From NCBI GenBank assembly GCA_963840145.1, contig CAWIXR010000002.1:325666-389665 (forward strand): DNA of 64,000 bases. The letters run 5' to 3'. The position numbers were made by a program, and so were the translations under genes. The notes beneath the pieces were generated by a model that was not told the DNA's origin, searched no databases, and was given only the letters and a program-made list of their open reading frames with translations. Below, piece after piece: positions 54,898 to 64,000 of the stretch; the stretch's first letter is position 1, and every line of letters starts with the position of its first letter. The DNA comes from an uncultured Chloroflexia bacterium. GTDB taxonomy: Bacteria > Chloroflexota > Limnocylindria > QHBO01.

Positions 54898-56812
54898 CAC
54901 CATCCTCCTCGCGCTCATCGTGGGCGCACTGGCCGGGGGAGGCGTTCCCGCGGCTGGCGGACCTGAAGCTGCGCTGGGTCTGGCTGCTCTTCGCCGCGCT
55001 GCTGCTGCGCCTCCTTGCCGGGCTGAGCCGAGAGACCGGCATCGCCGCCGACATCCCGACCGGCTGGGCCTTCATCCTCGCCTACGGCCTGATCTTCATC
55101 TGGCTCTGGGGCAACTGGCGCGTGCCGGGGCTCCAGATCGCCGCGGTCGGCATCGGCGCGAACATGGCCGCCGTCCTCCTCAACGCCGGCCAGATGCCGA
55201 TCTGGTCGGCCGCCTTCTTCGCCGCCGGCTTCGACGAGTCGGTCATCGCCAACGATCCCTTCCACTTCCTCCTTCGAGCCGAGACGGTCGCGGACTTCGT
55301 CGCAAGCGGCGGGCTCTTCGGCGACGTCATTCCGCTGCCGATCCCGATCATCCGCGACGTGATCAGCATCGGCGACGTGCTGCTGGCGCTCGGGATCTTC
55401 TGGGCCGTCGTCTACTCGATGACCCGCACCGACGCGCCGTCGCGCGGCGCGCTGGCGCTCGGCGCGACGACGGTGCATGCGGCCCGCGACGGCCACGCCC
55501 GGAACGGCCGGCGCGGTGTACGCCGAGGCGCGCGAGATCCCGCGCCGAGGTCTCCGAGGCCGGCGCCGAGCTGGCGGGCATGCGGCGCCAGTCGCCGTAC
55601 CTGCGCCTCTTCGCGAACCGCAACTTCAGCCTGCTGTGGACCGGCCAGCTCATCTCGCTGATCGGCGACCGGATCCACGTCATCGCGCTCGGCGCGCTCG
55701 TCGCCGGTCGCGGCACCGATCTCGAGGTCGGCATCGTCTTCGCCATGACCGCGGTCCCGAGCATCTTCCTGGGCCCGGTCGCCGGCGTGCTCGTGGACCG
55801 ATGGGACCGCCGCCGCACGATGATCGCCTGCGACCTCGTCCGCGCCGTTCTCGTGCTGGCGGTGCCGGTGGCGTTCGAGATCCACATCGGCCTCGTCTAC
55901 GCGAGCGCCTTCGCGCTCGCCACCGTGACCCTCCTCTTCCGCCCGGCCAAGACCGCGGTGATCCCCGACGTCGTCGGCGAGCGCGACCTGGTGGCCGCCA
56001 ACTCCGCGCTGTCGGTGCCGGAGACCGCGGCGGACCTCATCGGCTTCCCGATCGCGGGCCTGATCGTCACGGCACTGGCCGGGGTGCTCGGTGCGGCCTT
56101 CGTCCTCGACGCCGGGACGTACGTCGTCTCGGCGGTGCTGCTGTGGGCGATGATCCTGCCGCGCCAGGTGTCCGAATACACCGAGCGCATGTCGGTTCGC
56201 GCGCTGTGGCGCGAGATGCGCGAGGGCTTCGCCTTCCTGTGGAGGCAGGCGGCGCTGCGCTCGAACACGCTGCTCTCCGCCGTCGCGCAGGTCGCGGTCG
56301 GCGCCGAGATCGTCGTCAGCCTGATCTACGCCCGCGACGTCGTCGACCGCGGCACGCTGAGCTTCGAGCAGATGTACGCGCTGCTGCTGACGGCCCTCGC
56401 GGTCGGCAGCGTGGTGGCCGGGGTCGCCGTCGGCGCCATCGGCGATCGGTTCCCGAAGGGGCCGATGGTGATCGTCGGCTTCATCGGCATGGGGCTCTCA
56501 CTCGTGCTCACCGGCCTCGTGACCGATCCGATCCTGGCGCTCGTCTCCTTCTTCCTGGGCGGCGCCTTCAACATGGTCTTCATCATCCCCACCGTCACGC
56601 TGTTCCAGGAGCTCACCCCGCAGCGGCTGATGGGCCGGGTCGTTGCCAGCCGACAGGCGCTTGTGTTCGGCTCGATCGCCGCCTCGATGGGGCTCTCCGG
56701 GTACCTCAGCGGCGTCATCGGTCCGGCGCAGGTGCTGGTCATCAGCGGCGCCATCTGTGCGGCCGCCGGCGCCGTCGGCATCCTCATTCCGTCGATGCGC
56801 AACGCTCGGTAG
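54887..56812 (+). CDS. DUF5317-MFS transporter fusion (three apparent frameshifts restoring the frame)
   Basis: The alternative frame at 54945-55475 reads RLADLKLRW...GANMAAVLLNAGQMPI...FGDVIPLP..VISIGDVLL (DUF5317); from about 55580 an MFS with NRNFSLLWTGQLIS..GD and GVLVDRWDRRRTM. Confidence 0.75.
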   Translation: MFLSTILLALIVGALAGGGVPAAGGPEAALGLAALRRAAAAPPCRAEPRDRHRRRHPDRLGLHPRLRPDLHLALGQLARAGAPDRRGRHRREHGRRPPQRRPDADLVGRLLRRRLRRVGHRQRSLPLPPSSRDGRGLRRKRRALRRRHSAADPDHPRRDQHRRRAAGARDLLGRRLLDDPHRRAVARRAGARRDDGACGPRRPRPERPARCTPRRARSRAEVSEAGAELAGMRRQSPYLRLFANRNFSLLWTGQLISLIGDRIHVIALGALVAGRGTDLEVGIVFAMTAVPSIFLGPVAGVLVDRWDRRRTMIACDLVRAVLVLAVPVAFEIHIGLVYASAFALATVTLLFRPAKTAVIPDVVGERDLVAANSALSVPETAADLIGFPIAGLIVTALAGVLGAAFVLDAGTYVVSAVLLWAMILPRQVSEYTERMSVRALWREMREGFAFLWRQAALRSNTLLSAVAQVAVGAEIVVSLIYARDVVDRGTLSFEQMYALLLTALAVGSVVAGVAVGAIGDRFPKGPMVIVGFIGMGLSLVLTGLVTDPILALVSFFLGGAFNMVFIIPTVTLFQELTPQRLMGRVVASRQALVFGSIAASMGLSGYLSGVIGPAQVLVISGAICAAAGAVGILIPSMRNAR

Positions 56813-56890
56813 GAGCGGTTTCCGGGCGCGGAGTATATACGTATATACCGGGCGCCAACCAGCCCGACGATCTGCTACCCTTCGCGCGCC

Positions 56891-57124
56891 GTGGGACTGA
56901 TCCTCGATCTTGCGGTCGTCGCCCTTGCCGTGGCGGTGATCGGTTCGCTGGCGCTCCTGGCCTGGACCCTCGCCGTCAGCGCGGTGCGCACGGTGGCCGA
57001 GGGTCGCGCCGAGGTCGCGGCTGCACGAAGCCGGGTGGCATCGGCGGAGGAGCGCATGACGGCCGCCGCCGGGCGCGCGTCCTCGACCCTGGAACGACTG
57101 AACGAACGCACGAGAGACCGATGA
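56891..57124 (+). CDS. Small membrane protein with coiled-coil tail
   Basis: N-terminal TM; TACCCT -10 upstream; coupled to the next gene. Confidence 0.55.
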   Translation: MGLILDLAVVALAVAVIGSLALLAWTLAVSAVRTVAEGRAEVAAARSRVASAEERMTAAAGRASSTLERLNERTRDR

Positions 57125-57426
57125 CGACCAGCAACGAGCCCCAGCGCGAGCCCGGCTACCGCGGCGCCCTGCCGACGCGCGAGGACCGCCTGGCGAAGCC
57201 GTGGATCCTCATCGTCATCGCGATCTTCATCGGGGTCATCGTGCTGAGCGCTGCCGGCATCCCGTCGCGCTTCGTGCCCGACCCAACTCCCCTGCCGATC
57301 CCGTCGATCCCGGCCACGCCCTCGCCCGAGCCGACCGATTCGCCGTCGCCTTCGCCCTCTCCTTCGGAATCGGGCTCGCCTGACGCCAGCGTATCCGCCT
57401 CGCCGTCACCCACGCCGGCGCCATAG
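57121..57426 (+). CDS. Single-pass membrane protein with Pro/Ser-rich tail
   Basis: PWILIVIAIFIGVIVLSAAG TM then (SP)n. Confidence 0.6.
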   Translation: MTTSNEPQREPGYRGALPTREDRLAKPWILIVIAIFIGVIVLSAAGIPSRFVPDPTPLPIPSIPATPSPEPTDSPSPSPSPSESGSPDASVSASPSPTPAP

Positions 57427-57575
57427 GGGAAGCGTTCGCGCAATCACTGACTCGTAGCCATCGAAGCGATGTATCGGAGTGGAAGACCGGCGTCGCGCCG
57501 ATCTCAGCTCATTCCGCGATGTCATCCGACGCTTGCTTCGCTAAGCCGAGGTCCCCCTGCGCCGCCAATGCTCCA

Positions 57576-58091
57576 CTAGGGTTCTGAAAGAAGTCCCGCC
57601 TCGACAGCCAAGTCGAACAGGTTTCCCTGGACGCCGAGGTCGATGAGCCAAACCCTCGGGTCGCCTGCCGCCGAATTCAGGCCGACCAAGGGACCGACTC
57701 CGGTCATGTATGTAACTCCTAGCCTCGGATGCTCACGGGCTCGTGCTTCTAGGAATTCCCACCCGTCGCCACCGCGCAGCTCGGTCCCGATCTGTCGCCA
57801 CTCGAAGTATCTCGGGTGAATTTGCGCCATCTCTGCGATGGCCTGAGCCTCCTCTGGCGTGAGCGGCTCTGCGAGGGTGATACCAGCTCTCGCTTCACCG
57901 TCGGGGTTCTGTTCGGCCGCCTGCCTTAGCTCCTCGAGACGCGCCTCCCGGTACGAAGCCACATCTGAGAGATCCCTCACCCCTGGCGTTTCCTCAACTC
58001 GGGTGGCGCAACTCGCAACAACCACCAGACAAGCCGCCAGAGCCGCGCATGTGCGTAGTCCGGATCGGAGCGTGGGCCGATCCAGACTCAA
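57576..58091 (-). CDS. Hypothetical lipoprotein
   Basis: LVVVASC lipobox; start (TTG) uncertain; atypical codon usage. Confidence 0.6.
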   Translation of the reverse strand: MSLDRPTLRSGLRTCAALAACLVVVASCATRVEETPGVRDLSDVASYREARLEELRQAAEQNPDGEARAGITLAEPLTPEEAQAIAEMAQIHPRYFEWRQIGTELRGGDGWEFLEARAREHPRLGVTYMTGVGPLVGLNSAAGDPRVWLIDLGVQGNLFDLAVEAGLLSEP

Positions 58092-58107
58092 TGTGACCAG
58101 TTCCTTG

Positions 58108-59313
58108 TCAGTCGTGTGAATCCCATCCCGCCAGTTGCCAATAGAGGTCGTTGAGATGGACGTCGACCGCCTCGCCAACGTTTCGCCGAACCTGCTCAGG
58201 GGCCAAGTCGATTAGGAACACAGAATCGTGCGACGCCAGCGCCGAGTATCCCCCTGCGGGAACGGTTACGTCGGCCGCGACGATCCCGAGCATTGACGTC
58301 CCCTCTTCAGCAGCTGCCGAGTCCATCTCTGCCCAAACATGCGGGCCGTACGTATTTCCGTACGTGAGCCGCAGACCTGATGGCGTTAGGTCGCTCACAG
58401 CTTCGACTGCGTGAATCTCCAGCCCGAGCGCCTCGAGCTCCTGAAGTTCGCGACCGGAGAGCGGACGCGCGAATGTAGCCACACCGCTCGCCGGACTGGA
58501 CTTGGTTAGAGCTTCTCCAAGCGCGCGACTATCGGCCGCGTACGCATCGAGTCCGGCGCTGAGGTCAGGCGCAACAACATGCGTCTTCCCCTCATCTACT
58601 ACGGTTTCCTCATAGCCTTGGGCTAGCGCACTGGGCGCAGGCGGTGCCGACTCTGCGAAAAGCGGTCCGCCGTCGTTCTGACAAGCCCCCAAGCTTCCCG
58701 TTGGCGGGTTTGCGGGTGCGGCCTTCGTGCCATACGTATCGCCGCCAACCCTCAGGTTGTTGCGACTGCTGGGGGAGTAGGTCGAGATGACCTGCCACTT
58801 GTCGTCGCCTCCAAGCTGGGCAGAGAGCTGTTCGGAAAATCCAACTACTCCACTGCTCGGATCCCAAAGCCACACGCCGTTCACGTAGAACCATCGCATG
58901 TAGTACACGTTCATCGTGTAGTTCACGTTAGCCGTCGGAAAGGTGGACGACTCCGACGTGATCTCAGCCTCCGTACAGCGGGTGGCGCTGAGGTCACGAT
59001 CGAAGAACGGAGCAGGAATAGTCGTCTCGAACCTTCGTGTGGCGCTCAGGTGCGTACTTTCATCGTGCGTGTCGGCGGTAAACCGATAACCATGCGTCGC
59101 CTGGTGTCGCATGTTGGCGGCGCGCGTGCTGTCCCACCACAGGGAGCTGAAGCGTGCCCGAATCGTGTCCCCGGTGGTTAGTGTCGTGAACGGCCCACCA
59201 AGGTAGAAAGCCTCGCCCGTTGTCACCCACTCGGTGAAGTGAGCTGCAGCCGGCGAGACGGCCAGGAATACAGACAACAAGACCGCCAAAAGCGGTGCGC
59301 GCAAACGAGCCAT
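58108..59313 (-). CDS. Hypothetical secreted two-domain protein
   Basis: Sec signal (AVSPAAA|H), GGAGG RBS; lower-GC, atypical codon usage. Confidence 0.7.
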   Translation of the reverse strand: MARLRAPLLAVLLSVFLAVSPAAAHFTEWVTTGEAFYLGGPFTTLTTGDTIRARFSSLWWDSTRAANMRHQATHGYRFTADTHDESTHLSATRRFETTIPAPFFDRDLSATRCTEAEITSESSTFPTANVNYTMNVYYMRWFYVNGVWLWDPSSGVVGFSEQLSAQLGGDDKWQVISTYSPSSRNNLRVGGDTYGTKAAPANPPTGSLGACQNDGGPLFAESAPPAPSALAQGYEETVVDEGKTHVVAPDLSAGLDAYAADSRALGEALTKSSPASGVATFARPLSGRELQELEALGLEIHAVEAVSDLTPSGLRLTYGNTYGPHVWAEMDSAAAEEGTSMLGIVAADVTVPAGGYSALASHDSVFLIDLAPEQVRRNVGEAVDVHLNDLYWQLAGWDSHD

Positions 59314-59693
59314 CGTGATCAAAGTTCCTCCATCACTCAAGAAGTGAACTAGCAGGAACTGATCGGGGCACAGCCATCGAGTGGAGTCCACGTCTCCGGC
59401 CCGACCAACTCTGAGGTGCTCAATGATTATGCGACGGTCCGCAACAGATGGACCGGATGGCGTTCTGCGAAAGTCGGTCAAACGCCGCGCGAGGTCGTGC
59501 GGGCGGGTGGCCGATCCATCGGTCAAACGCAGCGCGAGCAACGCCTCCGGTGAAGATCGGCCGATCGATCGGCCACAAGTCACCGCCCGAGTCCGATTTG
59601 TACGGATTCCGAACGGCCCCCTATACTGACCGAGCCCTCCAGGCGGGGGAAATCAGAGTCGCCGCGCTCGCTCGAGCCTGACGGAGGAACCGA

Positions 59694-61178
<1,485 letters not shown>

Positions 61179-61231
61179 GGCGGGGTCTCTCCCGCCGCAT
61201 TATGGCGGCGGGCGGGTGCAAGCCGGCCCGG

Positions 61232-61246
61232 TGGTATCCTTCTTGC
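61232..61246 (+). promoter_or_regulatory. Sigma54 (-24/-12) promoter candidate
   Basis: TGGTATCCTTCTTGC: GG-N10-GC; could also be read as an extended -10. Confidence 0.5.
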
Positions 61247-61289
61247 CCTTTCCCGGATCGACCATCACACACGAAGGGACGCTATCGCC

Positions 61290-61613
61290 ATGTTCAGCCG
61301 AGTTCGGATCGCGATCCGCTTCTTCTTCGTCGGTCTGGCCGTTGGCGTCCTGCTGGCGCCTCGCAGCGGCGAGGAGACCCGACGCCTGTTGCGCGAGAAG
61401 GCAGACAGCCTTCTGAATGACGTCCTCGAGGCCGCAAGCCTCGGCGCCAGCGCGACGAGCAGTGCCGCCACGAAGGTCGCCGAAGCCACCGCCGAAGCCG
61501 CCGACGCCGCAGCCGATGGCGACGATGGCGGCGGAACCTCGAAGCGCACCCGCGCCAACAGCAGCCGCGCGAAGACGGCGACATCGACGGCCGCCAGCCA
61601 AGCGGGCGTCTGA
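61290..61613 (+). CDS. YtxH domain-containing protein
   Basis: FFFVGLAVGVLLAPRSGEETRRLL. Confidence 0.8.
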   Translation: MFSRVRIAIRFFFVGLAVGVLLAPRSGEETRRLLREKADSLLNDVLEAASLGASATSSAATKVAEATAEAADAAADGDDGGGTSKRTRANSSRAKTATSTAASQAGV

Positions 61614-61629
61614 CCCGGAACTGAGACCG

Positions 61630-62334
61630 ATGCGCTGGCCGCGGCTGTCGCGGCGGCGCCGACCGTGGGGTGCCGGCGGCGCCACACCTGACCCGGCAAG
61701 AGACCGGGCGCGGATGGTCGCCGAGCAGCTCGAGGCGCGCGGCATCTCCGACCCCGAGGTCCTCGAGGCCTTCAGAACCGTCCCCCGCCACTCCTTCGTC
61801 GAGGGCGACGAGCCGTACGGGGACCACGCGATGCCGGTCGGGTCGGGGCAGACGATCAGCCAGCCGTACATCGTCGCGCGCATGACCCAGCTTGGGCGGC
61901 CGCGCGGTGGGTGGACCGGCGCGAAGACGCTCGAGATCGGCACCGGGTCGGGCTACCAGGCCGCCATCCTCAGCCAGCTCGGCGCCGACGTCACGACGAT
62001 CGAGCGCCACGCGAGCCTCGCAAACGACGCCCGGCGGCGGCTGAACACGGCCGGATACGACAGCATCCAGATCGAGGTCGGTGACGGAACGGAGGGCTGG
62101 CCGGCGGGCGCGCCGTATCGGTCCATCCTGGTCACGGCGGGCGGTCCATCGGTGCCGCAGCCGCTGCTGGAGCAGCTTCACCCCGACGGAGGCCGGCTGG
62201 TGATGCCGGTCGGCGGTCGGGAGCACCAGCTCCTCACGCGAGTCGAGCGCAGCGGCGACGAGCTGCACAGCACGGAGCTCGAGCCGGTCGTGTTCGTGCC
62301 GCTGATCGGCCGATACGGCCTGCGCGGCGACTGA
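61630..62334 (+). CDS. pcm: Protein-L-isoaspartate O-methyltransferase
   Basis: GQTISQPYIVA, LEIGTGSGYQAA, GDG..GWP..APY, FVPLIG. Confidence 0.93.
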   Translation: MRWPRLSRRRRPWGAGGATPDPARDRARMVAEQLEARGISDPEVLEAFRTVPRHSFVEGDEPYGDHAMPVGSGQTISQPYIVARMTQLGRPRGGWTGAKTLEIGTGSGYQAAILSQLGADVTTIERHASLANDARRRLNTAGYDSIQIEVGDGTEGWPAGAPYRSILVTAGGPSVPQPLLEQLHPDGGRLVMPVGGREHQLLTRVERSGDELHSTELEPVVFVPLIGRYGLRGD

Positions 62335-62341
62335 GCGGCCG

Positions 62342-62356
62342 TGGCATGGAGCGTGC
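62342..62356 (+). promoter_or_regulatory. Sigma54 (-24/-12) promoter candidate
   Basis: TGGCATGGAGCGTGC: GG-N10-GC upstream of the YggT gene. Confidence 0.55.
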
Positions 62357-62384
62357 ATCCCTCCTCGTGGGAGGTGAATTCAGC

Positions 62385-62849
62385 ATGACCATCAATCGCA
62401 CCACGACCGATCCGGACGACGGCACCCGGGTCGTCGAACGAGAGACCTACGTCGAGCGACCCGCTCCGGCGGCCTACGCGGCACCGCCGGCAAGCAGCAA
62501 CGTCAACGTAAACAGCGACGGCGGCTACGTGGCGACATCGCCCGGCCCGCTCTACTACGCGCGACGCGTCGTGTCGCTCCTGTTCGGGATCCTGTTCGTC
62601 CTGCTCGGGATCCGGATCGTGCTGCTGCTGCTGGTGGCGAACGAGGGCAACGCGATCGTCGACTTCGTCTACAGCGTGACCGAGCCGTTCGTCGCACCGT
62701 TCCGCGGCATCTTCCAGTTCGACCAGGTCGTCGCGGGCGACGCGACCCTCGACCTCGCCGCGGTGGTGGCGCTGATCGGCTGGCTGCTGATCTACCTGCT
62801 GATCATGGCGATCCTGCGTCTCGGAGACCGCGACACAACGGCCGCCTGA
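62385..62849 (+). CDS. YggT family membrane protein
   Basis: N.IVDFVYSVTEPFVAPFRGIF; GGAGG RBS. Confidence 0.8.
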   Translation: MTINRTTTDPDDGTRVVERETYVERPAPAAYAAPPASSNVNVNSDGGYVATSPGPLYYARRVVSLLFGILFVLLGIRIVLLLLVANEGNAIVDFVYSVTEPFVAPFRGIFQFDQVVAGDATLDLAAVVALIGWLLIYLLIMAILRLGDRDTTAA

Positions 62850-62871
62850 CCGATTCGCCCGCCGGGCGATC

Positions 62872-63210
62872 TCAGCCCGGCGGGACCGCCACGCACCGAT
62901 TCCAGCTCGCGACGATCCGGCCGTCCTCGGTGTAGATCGCGAAGAGGGCACGCGAGCCGGCATTGTGCATGACCGGAAAGACCGTGGCGCAGGAGGCAGC
63001 TGCCGCCTCCTCGACGGTCGTCGCGTCCGTGACGACCACCGTCACGAAGTCCTCGTCGGGCTCGTAGGAGACCGATCGAACCGCCGGCCACCGCGCCTGG
63101 ATGCGCTCCTCGACCACGTCCCAGTCGAGCGCGAAGGTCGGCGGGGGCTCGCCGCCGACGAGGATCGCGAGCGCGACGGCGGCGATGGCGGCAGCCACGG
63201 CGGATCTCAC
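62872..63210 (-). CDS. Hypothetical exported protein
   Basis: GTG start, signal/TM, two Cys; GC3 bias. Confidence 0.55.
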   Translation of the reverse strand: MRSAVAAAIAAVALAILVGGEPPPTFALDWDVVEERIQARWPAVRSVSYEPDEDFVTVVVTDATTVEEAAAASCATVFPVMHNAGSRALFAIYTEDGRIVASWNRCVAVPPG

Positions 63211-63233
63211 CGCGCGACGATAGCCCCTCAGCG

Positions 63234-64000
63234 CTAGAGCGGCGGCAGTTCGAGCGCGCCGCGCTCCGCCGGCGTGGCCACCGGACCGCGCTGGCCGTTC
63301 CGCAGCACGCCGGCGCGGGCGAGCTCCTCGTCGTAGACGCCCTGGATGCGGCGCACCTGGGCATCGATGCTGAACCGATCGGCAACCGTCCGGCGACCGG
63401 CCTCGCCGAGCCGTCGACGGAGGTCGGGGTCGCGCAGCAACTGAACCACCGCCTCCGCGAGCGCGGCCACGTCGCCGGGGGGCACGAGGCGGCCCTCGGC
63501 GCCATCGGTCACGACCTCGGGGATGCCGCCGACGGCGCTGGCGACCACCGGCACCCGGCGCGCCATTGCCTCGAGCAGCGAGATGCCCTGCGCCTCGCGG
63601 AGGGAGGGCAGGACCGCGATCGTGAGGTCGGCGGTGAGCGCCGAGATATCGTCGCGGCGGCCGGTGAAGATGACGCGTTCGTTGACGCCGATGGACGCGG
63701 CCCGGGCGCGGAGCGCACCGGCCTCGGAGCCCTCGCCGACGACCGCCAGCCAGGTCTCGGGCACCGCGCGCAGGATGGCCGGCATGGCGTCGACGAGATG
63801 GATGTGCCCCTTCTCCGGCTCGAGCCGCGCGACCACGCCGAGCAGCGGCGCCGACCCCGGGATGCCGAACTCCCTGCGCAGCGCGCACGGCAGCACGGGA
63901 CCGGTGAAGCGCGAGAGGTCGACCCCGTTCGGCACGACCGCGAAGCGCGCACCCTCTCGCCCCTCCGCGCGGACCTTGCGCGCGATCGCCTCCGAGGGAA
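63234..64000 (-). CDS. Glycosyltransferase family 4 (5' part outside the window)
   Basis: PNGVD, ARLEPEKG, PSLREAQGISLLEAMA, VGGIPEV. Confidence 0.9.
   Translation of the reverse strand, partial: PSEAIARKVRAEGREGARFAVVPNGVDLSRFTGPVLPCALRREFGIPGSAPLLGVVARLEPEKGHIHLVDAMPAILRAVPETWLAVVGEGSEAGALRARAASIGVNERVIFTGRRDDISALTADLTIAVLPSLREAQGISLLEAMARRVPVVASAVGGIPEVVTDGAEGRLVPPGDVAALAEAVVQLLRDPDLRRRLGEAGRRTVADRFSIDAQVRRIQGVYDEELARAGVLRNGQRGPVATPAERGALELPPL

Noticed and set aside
54960-55560. Taking the 641-aa ORF translation at face value
   Set aside because: Its middle is Arg/Pro-rich nonsense; the real DUF5317 sequence is in a shifted frame and three indels restore the original frame.

Overview
High-GC bacterial chromosomal window. 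Gene content and style suggest Chloroflexota, possibly Limnocylindria-like; this is inference, since no marker gene here is decisive. Most of the window is housekeeping and stress genes: fabI, dgt, holB, a liv-type ABC transporter, hpt, rsmG, two trkA, an hspR-lon-dnaJ-clpB operon, surE, purH, glpX, folK, an NtrC-family activator, pcm, tRNA-Asp(GTC) and tRNA-Arg(CCG). The most notable locus is at 49.7-56.8 kb. A MalT-like STAND/BTAD regulator is followed by a sigma70-type promoter, a c-di-GMP-II riboswitch, an unannotated 32-aa signal-peptide-like ORF (…LALAGGAGVRGL), a membrane-sensor HD-GYP phosphodiesterase and a DUF5317-MFS fusion. Together these look like a peptide-signal / c-di-GMP feedback circuit. 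The locus carries many frameshifts, either sequencing errors or decay. Other highlights: an orphan structured ncRNA with its own promoter and a telomere-like GGGTAGGTTAGGGTTAGGG loop upstream of tRNA-Arg; six sigma54-type -24/-12 promoters ahead of stress and cell-wall genes, including an Rpf operon; a HAIR-like operator variant; a DnaA-box cluster beside rsmG; and widespread leaderless gene starts. All calls come from reading motifs by eye; no database searches were run.
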